From Eledone cirrhosa (taxonomy: Eukaryota), in the NCBI GenBank assembly GCA_964016885.1, contig OZ024742.1:165292001-165356000 (forward strand): a stretch of 64,000 nt of DNA, written 5' to 3'. Each line of letters begins with the position of its first letter. Positions within the stretch are counted from its first letter, which is position 1. Made by a program: the position numbers and the translations under genes. Shown one piece after another: positions 38,101 through 52,900 of this stretch. A model generated the notes under the pieces. That model searched no databases. It was not told the DNA's origin and saw nothing but the letters and a program-made list of their open reading frames with translations.

Positions 38101-41100
38101 CCCCTGATTTTTTTTTACAAATTATCTCCCCCTGATATTTTTTACAAATTATCTCCCCCTGATTTTTTTACAAATTATCTCCCCTTGGCTGGCTGGAAAT
38201 TATCTCCCCTTGGAGGCTGGAATTTATCTCCCCTTGGACGGCTAGAAATTACCTCGCCTTGGACGGCTGGAAAATATGTCTCCTTCGACGGCTGGAAATT
38301 ATCTCCCCTTGGACGGCTGGAAATTATCTCCCCTTGGACAGCTGGAAATTATCTCCCCTTGGACGGCTAGATATTACCTCCCCTTGGACGGCTGGAAATT
38401 ATCTCCCCTTGATTTTTTTTACAAATTATCTCCCCCTGATTTTTTTTTACAAATTATCTCCCCCTGATTTTTTTTTACGAATTATCTCCCCCCGATTTTT
38501 TTTTACAAATTATCTCCGCCTGATTTTTTTTTAAAAATTATCTCCCCTTGAACGGCTGGAAATTATCTCCCCTTGGACGGCTGGAAATTATCTCCCCTTG
38601 GACGGCTAGAAATTACCTCTCCTTGGACGGCTGAAAATTATCTCCCCTTGGACGGCTGCAAATTATCTCCCCTTGATTTTTTAACAAATTATCTCCCCCT
38701 GATTTTTTTTTACAAATTATCTCCCCCTGATTTTTTTTTACAAATTATCTCCCCCTGATTTTTTTTTACAAATTATCTCCCCCTGATTTTTTTTACAATC
38801 TCCGCCTGATTTTTTAAAAAATTATCTTCCCTTGGCTGGCGGGAAATTATCTCCCCTTGGACGGCTGGAAATTATCTCCCCTTGATTTTTTTACAAATTA
38901 TCTCCCCCTGATTTTTTTTACAAATTATCTCCCCCTGATTTTATGTTACAAATTATCTCCCCCTGATTTTTTTACAAATTATCTCCCCCTGATTTTTTTT
39001 ACAAATTATCTCCGCCTGATTTTTTTAAATATTATCTTCCCTTGGCTGGCGGGAAATTATCTCCCCTTGGACGGCTGGAAATTATCTCCCCTTGATTTTT
39101 TTTACAAATTATCTCCCCCTGATTTTTTTTTACAAATTATCTCCCCCTGATTTTTTTTTACAAATTATCTCCCCCTGATTTTTTTTTACAAATTATCTCC
39201 CCCTGATTTTTTTTTACAAATCTCCCCCTGATTTTTTTATAAATTATCTCCCCTTGGCTGGCTGGAAATTATCTCCCCTTGGAGGCTGGAATTTATCTCC
39301 CCTTGGACGGCTAGAAATTACCTCTCCTTGGATGGCTGGAAAATATGTCTCCTTGGACGGCTGGATATTATCTACCCTTGGACGGCTGGAAATTATCTCC
39401 CCTTGGACGGCTGGAAATTATCTCCCCTTGGACGGCTAGATATTACCTCCCATTGGACGGCTGGAAATTATCTCCCCTTGATTTTTTTTACAAATTATCT
39501 CCCCCTGATTTTTTTTTACGAATTATCTCCCCCTGATTTTTTTTTACAAATTATCTCCGCCTGATTTTTTTTTTAAAATTATCTCCCCTTGAACGGCTGG
39601 AAATTATCTCCCCTTGGACGGCTGGAAATTATCTCCCCTTGGACGGCTAGAAATTACCTCTCCTTGGACTGCTGAAAATTATCTCCCCTTGGACGGCTGC
39701 AAATTATCTCCCCTTGATTTTTTTAACATATTATCTCCCCCTGATTTTTTTTTACAAATTATCTCCCCCTGATTTTTTTTTACAAATTATCTACGCCTAA
39801 TTTTTTTTACAAATTATCTCCCCCTGATTTTTTTTTACAAATTATCTCCCCCTGATTTTTTTTACAAATTATCTCCCCCTGATTTTTTTTACAAATTATC
39901 TCCCCCTGATTTTTTTACAAATTATCTCCCCCCTGATTTTTTTTACAATCTCCGCCTGATTTTTTTAAAAATTATCTTCCCTTGGCTGGCGGGAAATTAT
40001 CTCCCCTTGGACGGCTGGAAATTATATCCCCTTGGAAGGATGGAAATTATCTCCCCTTGGACGGCTGGAAATTATCTCCCCTTGGACGGCTGGAAATTAC
40101 CTCCCCTTGGACAGCTGGAAATTATCTGCCCTTGATTTTGTTTTTACAAATTATCTCCCCCTGATTTTTTTTACAAATTATCTCCACCTGATTTTTTAAA
40201 AAATTATCTCCCCTTGGACGGCTGGAAATTATCTCCCCTTGGACGGCTGGAAATTATCTCCCCTTGATTTTTTTTACAAATTATCTCCCCCTGATTTTTT
40301 TTTACAAATTATCTCCCCCTGATTTTTTTTACAAATTATCTCCCCCTGATTTTTTTTTACAAATTATTTCCCCCTGATTTTTTTACAAATTATCTCCCCC
40401 CTGATTTTTTTTACAATCTCCGCCTGATTTTTTTAAAAATTATCTTCCCTTGGCTGGCGGGAAATTATCTCCCCTTGGACGGCTGGAAATTATATCCCCT
40501 TGGAAGGATGGAAATTATCTCCCCTTGGACGGCTGGAAATTATCTCCCCTTGGACGGCTGGAAATTATCTCCCCTTGGACAGCTGGAAATTATCTGCCCT
40601 TGATTTTGTTTTTACAAATTATCTCCCCCTGATTTTTTTTACAAATTATCTCCACCTGATTTTTTAAAAAATTATCTCCCCTTGGACGGCTGGAAATTAT
40701 CTCCCCTTGATTTTTTTTACAAATTATCTCCCCCTGATTTTTTTTTACAAATTATCTCCCCCTGATTTTTTTTACAAATTATCTCCCCCTGATTTTTTTT
40801 TACAAATTATCTCACCCTGATTTTTTTTACAAATTATCTCTCCCTGATTTTTTTACAAATTATCTCCCCTTGGCTGGCTGGAAATTATCTCCCCTTGGAG
40901 GCTGGAATTTATCTCCCCTTGGACGGCTAGAAATTACCTCTCCTTGGACGGCTGGAAAATATGTCTCCTTGGACGGCTGGATATTATCTACCCTTGGACG
41001 GCTGGAAATTATCTCCCCTTGGACGGCTGGAAATTATCTCCTCTTGGACGGCTAGATATTACCTCCCCTTGGACGGCTGGAAATTATCTCCCCTTGATTT

Positions 41101-44100
41101 TTTTACAAATTATCTCCCCCTGATTTTTTTACAAATTATCTCCCCCTGATTTTTTTTACAAATTATCTCCGCCTAATTTTTTTAAATATTATCTTCCCTT
41201 GGCTGGCGGGAAATTATCTCCCCTTGGACGGCTGAAAATGATCTCCCCTTGGACGGCTGGAAATTATCTCCCCTTGATTTTTTTTACAAATTATCTCCCC
41301 CTGATTTTTTTTTACAAATTATCTCCCCCTGATTTTTTTTTACAAATTATCTCCCCCTGATTTTTTTTTACAAATTATCTCCCCCTGATATTTTTTACAA
41401 ATTATCTCCCCCTGATTTTTTTACAAATTATCTCCCCTTGGCTGGCTGGAAATTATCTCCCCTTGGAGGCTGGAATTTATCTCCCCTTGGACGGCTAGAA
41501 ATTACCTCGCCTTGGACGGCTGGAAAATATGTCTCCTTGGACGGCTGGAAATTATCTCCCCTTGGACGGCTGGAAATTATCTCCCCTTGGACAGCTGGAA
41601 ATTATCTCCCCTTGGACGGCTAGATATTACCTCCCCTTGGACGGCTGGAAATTATCTCCCCTTGATTTTTTTTACAAATTATCTCCCCCTGATTTTTTTT
41701 TACAAATTATCTCCCCCTGATTTTTTTTTACGAATTATCTCCCCCCGATTTTTTTTTACAAATTATCTCCGCCTGATTTTTTTTTAAAAATTATCTCCCC
41801 TTGAACGGCTGGAAATTATCTCCCCTTGGACGGCTGGAAATTATCTCCCCTTGGACGGCTAGAAATTACCTCTCCTTGGACGGCTGAAAATTATCTCCCC
41901 TTGGACGGCTGCAAATTATCTCCCCTTGATTTTTTAACAAATTATCTCCCCCTGATTTTTTTTTACAAATTATCTCCCCCTGATTTTTTTTTACAAATTA
42001 TCTCCCCCTGATTTTTTTTTACAAATTATCTCCCCCTGATTTTTTTACAAATTATCTCCCCCTGATTTTTTTTACAATCTCCGCCTGATTTTTTAAAAAA
42101 TTATCTTCCCTTGGCAGGCGGGAAATTATCTCCCCTTGGACGGCTGGAAATTATCTCCCCTTGGACGGCTGGAAATTATCTCCCCTTGGACAGCTGGAAA
42201 TTATCTGCCCTTGATTTTGTTTTTACAAATTATCTCCCCCTGATTTTTTTTACAAATTATCTCCACCTGATTTTTTAAAAAATTATCTCCCCTTGGACGG
42301 CTGGAAATTATCTCCCCTTGATTTTTTTACAAATTATCTCCCCCTGATTTTTTTTACAAATTATCTCCCCCTGATTTTATGTTACAAATTATCTCCCCCT
42401 GATTTTTTTACAAATTATCTCCCCCTGATTTTTTTTACAAATTATCTCCGCCTGATTTTTTTAAATATTATCTTCCCTTGGCTGGCGGGAAATTATCTCC
42501 CCTTGGACGGCTGGAAATTATCTCCCCTTGATTTTTTTTACAAATTATCTCCCCCTGATTTTTTTTTACAAATTATCTCCCCCTGATTTTTTTTTACAAA
42601 TTATCTCCCCCTGATTTTTTTTTACAAATTATCTCCCCCTGATTTTTTTTTACAAATCTCCCCCTGATTTTTTTATAAATTATCTCCCCTTGGCTGGCTG
42701 GAAATTATCTCCCCTTGGAGGCTGGAATTTATCTCCCCTTGGACGGCTAGAAATTACCTCTCCTTGGATGGCTGGAAAATATGTCTCCTTGGACGGCTGG
42801 ATATTATCTACCCTTGGACGGCTGGAAATTATCTCCCCTTGGACGGCTGGAAATTATCTCCCCTTGGACGGCTAGATATTACCTCCCATTGGACGGCTGG
42901 AAATTATCTCCCCTTGATTTTTTTTACAAATTATCTCCCCCTGATTTTTTTTTACGAATTATCTCCCCCTGATTTTTTTTTACAAATTATCTCCGCCTGA
43001 TTTTTTTTTTAAAATTATCTCCCCTTGAACGGCTGGAAATTATCTCCCCTTGGACGGCTGGAAATTATCTCCCCTTGGACGGCTAGAAATTACCTCTCCT
43101 TGGACGGCTGAAAATTATCTCCCCTTGGACGGCTGCAAATTATCTCCCCTTGATTTTTTTAACAAATTATCTCCCCCTGATTTTTTTTTACAAATTATCT
43201 CCCCCTGATTTTTTTTACAAATTATCTACGCCTAATTTTTTTTACAAATTATCTCCCCCTGATTTTTTTTTACAAATTATCTCCCCCTGATTTTTTTTAC
43301 AAATTATCTCCCCTTGGCTGGCTGGAAATTATCTCCCCTTGGAGGCTGGAATTTATCTCCCCTTGGACGGTTAGAAATTACCTCTCCTTGGACTGCTGGA
43401 AAATATGTCTCCTTGGACGGCTGGAAATTATCTCCCCTTGGACGGCTGGAAATTATCTCCCCTTGGACGGCTGGAAATTATCTCTCCTCGGACGACTAGA
43501 AATTACCTCTCCTTGGACAGCTGAAAATTATCTCCCCTTGGACGGCTGGAAATTATCTCCCCTTGATTTTTTTTACAAATTATCTCCCCCTGATTTATTT
43601 TACAAATTATCTCCCCCTGATTTTTTTTTACAAATTATCTCCCCCTGATTTTTTTTACAAATTATCTCCCCCTGATATTTTTTACAAATTATCTCCCCCT
43701 GATTTTTTTACAAATTATCTCCCCTTGGCTGGCTGGAAATTATCTACCCTTGGAGGCTGGAATTTATCTCCCCTTGGACGGCTAGAAATTACCTCGCCTT
43801 GGACGGCTGGAAAATATGTCTCCTTGGACGGCTGGAAATTATCTCCCCTTGGACGGCTGGAAATTATCTCCCCTTGGACGGCTGGAAATTATCTCCCCTT
43901 GGACGGCTAGATATTACCTCCCCTTGGACGGCTGGAAATTATCTCCCCTTGATTTTTTTTACAAATTATCTCCCCCTGATTTTTTTTTACAAATTATCTC
44001 CCCCTGATTTTTTTTTACGAAGTATCTCCCCCTGATTTTTTTTTACAAATTATCTCCGCCTGATTTTTTTTTAAAAATTATCTCCCCTTGAACGGCTGGA

Positions 44101-46915
44101 AATTATCTCCCCTTGGACGGCTGGAAATTATCTCCCCTTGGACGGCTAGAAATTACCTCTCCTTGGACGGCTGAAAATTATCTCCCATTGGACGGCTGCA
44201 AATTATCTCCCCTTGATTTTTTAACAAATTATCTCCCCCTGATTTTTTTTTACAAATTATCTCCCCCTGATTTTTTTTTACAAATTATCTACGCCTAATT
44301 TTTTTTACAAATTATCTCCCCCTGATTTTTTTTACAAATTATCTCCCCCTGATTTTTTTTACAAATTATCTCCCCCTGATTTTTTTTTACAAATTATTTC
44401 CCCCTGATTTTTTTACAAATTATCTCCCCCCTGATTTTTTTTACAATCTCCGCCTGATTTTTTTAAAAATTATATTCCCTTGGCTGGCGGGAAATTATCT
44501 CCCCTTGGACGGCTGGAAATTATATCCCCTTGGAAGGATGGAAATTATCTCCCCTTGGACGGCTGGAAATTATCTCCCCTTGGACGGCTGGAAATTATCT
44601 CCCCTTGGACAGCTGGAAATTATCTGTCCTTGATTTTGTTTTTACAAATTATCTCCCCCTGATTTTTTTTACAAATTATCTCCACCTGATTTTTTAAAAA
44701 ATTATCTCCCCTTGGACGGCTGGAAATTATCTCCCCTTGATTTTTTTTACAAATTATCTCCCCCTGATTTTTTTTTACAAATTATCTCCCCCTGATTTTT
44801 TTTTACAAATTATCTCCCCCTGATTTTTTTTTACAAATTATCTCACCCTGATTTTTTTTACAAATTATCTCTCCCTGATTTTTTTACAAATTATCTCCCC
44901 TTGGCTGGCTGGAAATTATCTCCCCTTGGAGGCTGGAATTTATCTCCCCTTGGACGGCTAGAAATTACCTCTCCTTGGACGGCTGGAAAATATGTCTCCT
45001 TGGACGGCTGGATATTATCTACCCGTGGACGGCTGGAAATTATCTCCCCTTGGACGGCTGGAAATTATCTCCTCTTGGACGGCTAGATATTACCTCCCCT
45101 TGGACGGCTGGAAATTATCTCCCCTTGATTTTTTTACAAATTATCTCCCCCTGATTTTTTTACAAATTATCTCCCCCTGATTTTTTTTACAAATTATCTC
45201 CGCCTAATTTTTTTAAATATTATCTTCCCTTGGCTGGCGGGAAATTATCTCCCCTTGGACGGCTGAAAATTATCTCCCCTTGGACGGCTGGAAATTATCT
45301 CCCCTTGATTTTTTTTACAAATTATCTCCCCCTGATTTTTTTTTACAAATTATCTCCCCCTGATTTTTTTTACAAATTATCTCCCCCTGATTTTTTTACA
45401 AATTATCTCCCCTTGGCTGGCTGGAAATTATCTCCCCTTGGAGGCTGGAATTTATCTCCCCTTGGACGGCTAGAAATTACCTCTCCTTGGAAGGCTGGAA
45501 AATATGTCCTTGGACGGCTGGATATTATCTACCCTTGGACGGCTGGAAATTATCTCCCCTTGGACGGCTGGAAATTATCTCCCCTTGGACGGCTAGATAT
45601 TACCTCCCCTTGGACGGCTGAAAATTATCTCCCCTTGGACGGCTGGAAATTATCTCCCCTTGATTTTTTTTACAAATTATCTCCCCCTGATTATTTTTTA
45701 CAAATTATCCCCTGATTTTTTTTTTACAAATTATCTCCCCCTGATTTTTTTTACAAATTATCTCCCCCTGATTTTTTTACAAATTATCTCCCCTTGGCTG
45801 GCTGGAAATTATCTCCCATTGGAGGCTGGAATTTATCTCCCCTTGGACGGTTAGAAATTACCTCCCCTTGGACGGCTGGAAAATATGTCTCCTTGGACGG
45901 CTGGAAATTATCGCCCCTTGGATGGCTGGAAATTATCTCCCCTTGGACGGTTGGAAATTATCTCTCATCGGACGGCTAGAAATTACCTCTCCTTGGACAG
46001 CTGAAAATTATCTCCCCTTGGACGGCTGGAAATTATCTCCCCTTGATTTTTTTTACAAATTATCTCCCCCTGATTTTTTTTTACAAATTATCTCCCCCTG
46101 ATTTTTTTTTTACAAATTATCTCCCCCTGATTTTTTTTTACAAATTATCTCCCCCTGATATTTTTTACAAATTATCTCCCCCTGATTTTTTTACAAATTA
46201 TCTCCCCTTGGCTGGCTGGAAATTATCTCCCCTTGGAGGCTTGAATTTATCTCCCCTTGGACGGCTGGAAAATATGTCTCCTTGGACGGCTGGAAATTAT
46301 CTCCCCTTGGACGGCTGGAAATTATCTCCCCTTGGACAGCTGGAAATTATCTCCCCTTGGACGGCTAGATATTACCTCCCCTTGGACGGCTGGAAATTAT
46401 CTCCCCTTGATTTTTTTTACAAATTATCTCCCCCTGATTTTTTTTTACAAATTATCTCCCCCTGATTTTTTTTTACGAATTATCTCCCCCCGATTTTTTT
46501 TTACAAATTATCTCCGCCTGATTTTTTTTTAAAAATTATCTCCCCTTGAACGGCTGGAAATTATCTCCCCTTGGACGGCTGGAAATTATCTCCCCTTGGA
46601 CGGCTAGAAATTACCTCTCCTTGGACGGCTGAAAATTATCTCCCCTTGGACGGCTGCAAATTATCTCCCCTTGATTTTTTAACAAATTATCTCCCCCTGA
46701 TTTTTTTTTACAAATTATCTCCCCCTGATTTTTTTTTACAAATTATCTCCCCCTGATTTTTTTTTACAAATTATCTCCCCCTGATTTTTTTTACAAATTA
46801 TCTCCCCCTGATTTTTTTTACAATCTCCGCCTGATTTTTTAAAAAATTATCTTCCCTTGGCTGGCGGGAAATTATCTCCCCTTGGACGGCTGGAAATTAT
46901 CTCCCCTTGGACGGC
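29127..46915 (+). repeat. Second copy of the large unit that occupies about 1-19200
   Basis: Offsets of 29126/29098/29097 relative to 1-5.7 kb (378/29476, 2827/31925, 5181/34278). Offsets of 27785, 27813, 27743 and 27718 relative to 7.1-19.2 kb (7633/35418, 11441/39254, 18051/45794, 18853/46571). Confidence 0.9.
31390..38430 (+). repeat. Tandem higher-order duplication, period 3493-3494 bp
   Basis: ORF pairs 31925/35418, 32309/35802, 32990/36484, 33740/37234, 34691/38185. Junction near 34884-34945. Confidence 0.9.
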
Positions 46916-49900
46916 TGGAAATTATCTCCCCTTGGACAGCTGGAAATTATCTGCCCTTGATTTTGTTTTTACAAATTATCTCCCCCTGATTTTTTTTACA
47001 AATTATCTCCACCTGATTTTTTAAAAAATTATCTCCCCTTGGACGGCTGGAAATTATCTCCCCTTGATTTTTTTACAAATTATCTCCCCCTGATTTTTTT
47101 TACAAATTATCTCCCCCTGATTTTATGTTACAAATTATCTCCCCCTGATTTATTTACAAATTATCTCCGCCTGATTTTTTTAAATATTATCTTCCCTTGG
47201 CTGGCGGGAAATTATCTCCCCTTGGACGGCTGGAAATTATCTCCCCTTGATTTTTTTTACAAATTATCTCCCCCTGATTTTTTTTTACAAATTATCTCCC
47301 CCTGATTTTTTTTTACAAATTATCTCCCCCTGATTTTTTTTTACAAATCTCCCCCTGATTTTTTTATAAATTATCTCCCCTTGGCTGGCTGGAAATTATC
47401 TCCCCTTGGAGGCTGGAATTTATCTCCCCTTGGACGGCTAGAAATTACCTCTCCTTGGATGGCTGGAAAATATGTCTCCTTGGACGGCTGGATATTATAT
47501 ACCCTTGGACGGCTGGAAATTATCTCCCCTTGGACGGCTGGAAATTATCTCCCCTTGGACGGCTAGATATTACCTCCCATTGGACGGCTGGAAATTATCT
47601 CCCCTTGATTTTTTTTACAAATTATCTCCCCCTGATTTTTTTTTACGAATTATCTCCCCCTGATTTTTTTTTACAAATTATCTCCGCCTGATTTTTTTTT
47701 TAAAATTATCTCCCCTTGAACGGCTGGAAATTATCTCCCCTTGGACGGCTGGAAATTATCTCCCCTTGGACGGCTAGAAATTACCTCTCCTTGGACGGCT
47801 GAAAATTATCTCCCCTTGGACGGCTGCAAATTATCTCCCCTTGATTTTTTTAACAAATTATCTCCCCCTGATTTTTTTTTACAAATTATCTCCCCCTGAT
47901 TTTTTTTTACAAATTATCTACGCCTAATTTTTTTTACAAATTATCTCCCCCTGATTTTTTTTTACAAATTATCTCCCCCTGATTTTTTTTACAAATTATC
48001 TCCCCCTGATTTTTTTTACAAATTATCTCCCCCTGATTTTTTTACAAATTATCTCCCCCCTGATTTTTTTTACAATCTCCGCCTGATTTTTTTAAAAATT
48101 ATCTTCCCTTGGCTGGCGGGAAATTATCTCCCCTTGGACGGCTGGAAATTATATCCCCTTGGAAGGATGGAAATTATCTCCCCTTGGACGGCTGGAAATT
48201 ATCTCCCCTTGGACGGCTGGAAATTACCTCCCCTTGGACAGCTGGAAATTATCTGCCCTTGATTTTGTTTTTACAAATTATCTCCCCCTGATTTTTTTTA
48301 CAAATTATCTCCACCTGATTTTTTAAAAAATTATCTCCCCTTGGACGGCTGGAAATTATCTCCCCTTGGACGGCTGGAAATTATCTCCCCTTGATTTTTT
48401 TTACAAATTATCTCCCCCTGATTTTTTTTTACAAATTATCTCCCCCTGATTTTTTTTACAAATTATCTCCCCCTGATTTTTTTTTACAAATTATTTCCCC
48501 CTGATTTTTTTACAAATTATCTCCCCCCTGATTTTTTTTACAATCTCCGCCTGATTTTTTTAAAAATTATCTTCCCTTGGCTGGCGGGAAATTATCTCCC
48601 CTTGGACGGCTGGAAATTATATCCCCTTGGAAGGATGGAAATTATCTCCCCTTGGACGGCTGGAAATTATCTCCCCTTGGACGGCTGGAAATTATCTCCC
48701 CTTGGACAGCTGGAAATTATCTGCCCTTGATTTTGTTTTTACAAATTATCTCCCCCTGATTTTTTTTACAAATTATCTCCACCTGATTTTTTAAAAAATT
48801 ATCTCCCCTTGGACGGCTGGAAATTATCTCCCCTTGGAGGCTGGAATTTATCTCCCCTTGGACGGCTAGAAATTACCTCGCCTTGGACGGCTGGAAAATA
48901 TGTCTCCTTGGACGGCTGGAAATTATCTCCCCTTGGACGGCTGGAAATTATCTCCCCTTGGACAGCTGGAAATTATCTCCCCTTGGACGGCTAGATATTA
49001 CCTCCCCTTGGACGGCTGGAAATTATCTCCCCTTGATTTTTTTTACAAATTATCTCCCCCTGATTTTTTTTTACAAATTATCTCCCCCTGATTTTTTTTT
49101 ACGAATTATCTCCCCCCGATTTTTTTTTACAAATTATCTCCGCCTGATTTTTTTTTAAAAATTATCTCCCCTTGAACGGCTGGAAATTATCTCCCCTTGG
49201 ACGGCTGGAAATTATCTCCCCTTGGACGGCTAGAAATTACCTCTCCTTGGACGGCTGAAAATTATCTCCCCTTGGACGGCTGCAAATTATCTCCCCTTGA
49301 TTTTTTAACAAATTATCTCCCCCTGATTTTTTTTTACAAATTATCTCCCCCTGATTTTTTTTTACAAATTATCTACGCCTAATTTTTTTTACAAATTATC
49401 TCCCCCTGATTTTTTTTACAAATTATCTCCCCCTGATTTTTTTTACAAATTATCTCCCCCTGATTTTTTTTTACAAATTATTTCCCCCTGATTTTTTTAC
49501 AAATTATCTCCCCCCTGATTTTTTTTACAATCTCCGCCTGATTTTTTTAAAAATTATCTTCCCTTGGCTGGCGGGAAATTATCTCCCCTTGGACGGCTGG
49601 AAATTATATCCCCTTGGAAGGATGGAAATTATCTCCCCTTGGACGGCTGGAAATTATCTCCCCTTGGACGGCTGGAAATTATCTCCCCTTGGACAGCTGG
49701 AAATTATCTGTCCTTGATTTTGTTTTTACAAATTATCTCCCCCTGATTTTTTTTACAAATTATCTCCACCTGATTTTTTAAAAAATTATCTCCCCTTGGA
49801 CGGCTGGAAATTATCTCCCCTTGATTTTTTTTACAAATTATCTCCCCCTGATTTTTTTTTACAAATTATCTCCCCCTGATTTTTTTTTACAAATTATCTC

Positions 49901-52900
49901 CCCCTGATTTTTTTTTACAAATTATCTCACCCTGATTTTTTTTACAAATTATCTCTCCCTGATTTTTTTACAAATTATCTCCCCTTGGCTGGCTGGAAAT
50001 TATCTCCCCTTGGAGGCTGGAATTTATCTCCCCTTGGACGGCTAGAAATTACCTCTCCTTGGACGGCTGGAAAATATGTCTCCTTGGACGGCTGGATATT
50101 ATCTACCCGTGGACGGCTGGAAATTATCTCCCCTTGGACGGCTGGAAATTATCTCCTCTTGGACGGCTAGATATTACCTCCCCTTGGACGGCTGGAAATT
50201 ATCTCCCCTTGATTTTTTTACAAATTATCTCCCCCTGATTTTTTTACAAATTATCTCCCCCTGATTTTTTTTACAAATTATCTCCGCCTAATTTTTTTAA
50301 ATATTATCTTCCCTTGGCTGGCGGGAAATTATCTCCCCTTGGACGGCTGAAAATTATCTCCCCTTGGACGGCTGGAAATTATCTCCCCTTGATTTTTTTT
50401 ACAAATTATCTCCCCCTGATTTTTTTTTACAAATTATCTCCCCCTGATTTTTTTTACAAATTATCTCCCCCTGATTTTTTTACAAATTATCTCCCCTTGG
50501 CTGGCTGGAAATTATCTCCCCTTGGAGGCTGGAATTTATCTCCCCTTGGACGGCTAGAAATTACCTCTCCTTGGAAGGCTGGAAAATATGTCCTTGGACG
50601 GCTGGATATTATCTACCCTTGGACGGCTGGAAATTATCTCCCCTTGGACGGCTGGAAATTATCTCCCCTTGGACGGCTAGATATTACCTCCCCTTGGACG
50701 GCTGAAAATTATCTCCCCTTGGACGGCTGGAAATTATCTCCCCTTGATTTTTTTTACAAATTATCTCCCCCTGATTATTTTTTACAAATTATCCCCTGAT
50801 TTTTTTTTTACAAATTATCTCCCCCTGATTTTTTTTACAAATTATCTCCCCCTGATTTTTTTACAAATTATCTCCCCTTGGCTGGCTGGAAATTATCTCC
50901 CATTGGAGGCTGGAATTTATCTCCCCTTGGACGGTTAGAAATTACCTCCCCTTGGACGGCTGGAAAATATGTCTCCTTGGACGGCTGGAAATTATCGCCC
51001 CTTGGATGGCTGGAAATTATCTCCCCTTGGACGGTTGGAAATTATCTCTCATCGGACGGCTAGAAATTACCTCTCCTTGGACAGCTGAAAATTATCTCCC
51101 CTTGGACGGCTGGAAATTATCTCCCCTTGATTTTTTTTACAAATTATCTCCCCCTGATTTTTTTTTACAAATTATCTCCCCCTGATTTTTTTTTTACAAA
51201 TTATCTCCCCCTGATTTTTTTTTACAAATTATCTCCCCCTGATATTTTTTACAAATTATCTCCCCCTGATTTTTTTACAAATTATCTCCCCTTGGCTGGC
51301 TGGAAATTATCTCCCCTTGGAGGCTTGAATTTATCTCCCCTTGGACGGCTGGAAAATATGTCTCCTTGGACGGCTGGAAATTATCTCCCCTTGGACGGCT
51401 GGAAATTATCTCCCCTTGGACAGCTGGAAATTATCTCCCCTTGGACGGCTAGATATTACCTCCCCTTGGACGGCTGGAAATTATCTCCCCTTGATTTTTT
51501 TTACAAATTATCTCCCCCTGATTTTTTTTTACAAATTATCTCCCCCTGATTTTTTTTTACGAATTATCTCCCCCCGATTTTTTTTTACAAATTATCTCCG
51601 CCTGATTTTTTTTTAAAAATTATCTCCCCTTGAACGGCTGGAAATTATCTCCCCTTGGACGGCTGGAAATTATCTCCCCTTGGACGGCTAGAAATTACCT
51701 CTCCTTGGACGGCTGAAAATTATCTCCCCTTGGACGGCTGCAAATTATCTCCCCTTGATTTTTTAACAAATTATCTCCCCCTGATTTTTTTTTACAAATT
51801 ATCTCCCCCTGATTTTTTTTTACAAATTATCTCCCCCTGATTTTTTTTTACAAATTATCTCCCCCTGATTTTTTTTACAAATTATCTCCCCCTGATTTTT
51901 TTTACAATCTCCGCCTGATTTTTTAAAAAATTATCTTCCCTTGGCTGGCGGGAAATTATCTCCCCTTGGACGGCTGGAAATTATCTCCCCTTGGACGGCT
52001 GGAAATTATCTCCCCTTGGACAGCTGGAAATTATCTGCCCTTGATTTTGTTTTTACAAATTATCTCCCCCTGATTTTTTTTACAAATTATCTCCACCTGA
52101 TTTTTTAAAAAATTATCTCCCCTTGGACGGCTGGAAATTATCTCCCCTTGATTTTTTTACAAATTATCTCCCCCTGATTTTTTTTACAAATTATCTCCCC
52201 CTGATTTTATGTTACAAATTATCTCCCCCTGATTTATTTACAAATTATCTCCGCCTGATTTTTTTAAATATTATCTTCCCTTGGCTGGCGGGAAATTATC
52301 TCCCCTTGGACGGCTGGAAATTATCTCCCCTTGATTTTTTTTACAAATTATCTCCCCCTGATTTTTTTTTACAAATTATCTCCCCCTGATTTTTTTTTAC
52401 AAATTATCTCCCCCTGATTTTTTTTTACAAATCTCCCCCTGATTTTTTTATAAATTATCTCCCCTTGGCTGGCTGGAAATTATCTCCCCTTGGAGGCTGG
52501 AATTTATCTCCCCTTGGACGGCTAGAAATTACCTCTCCTTGGATGGCTGGAAAATATGTCTCCTTGGACGGCTGGATATTATCTACCCTTGGACGGCTGG
52601 AAATTATCTCCCCTTGGACGGCTGGAAATTATCTCCCCTTGGACGGCTAGATATTACCTCCCATTGGACGGCTGGAAATTATCTCCCCTTGATTTTTTTT
52701 ACAAATTATCTCCCCCTGATTTTTTTTTACGAATTATCTCCCCCTGATTTTTTTTTACAAATTATCTCCGCCTGATTTTTTTTTTAAAATTATCTCCCCT
52801 TGAACGGCTGGAAATTATCTCCCCTTGGACGGCTGGAAATTATCTCCCCTTGGACGGCTAGAAATTACCTCTCCTTGGACGGCTGAAAATTATCTCCCCT

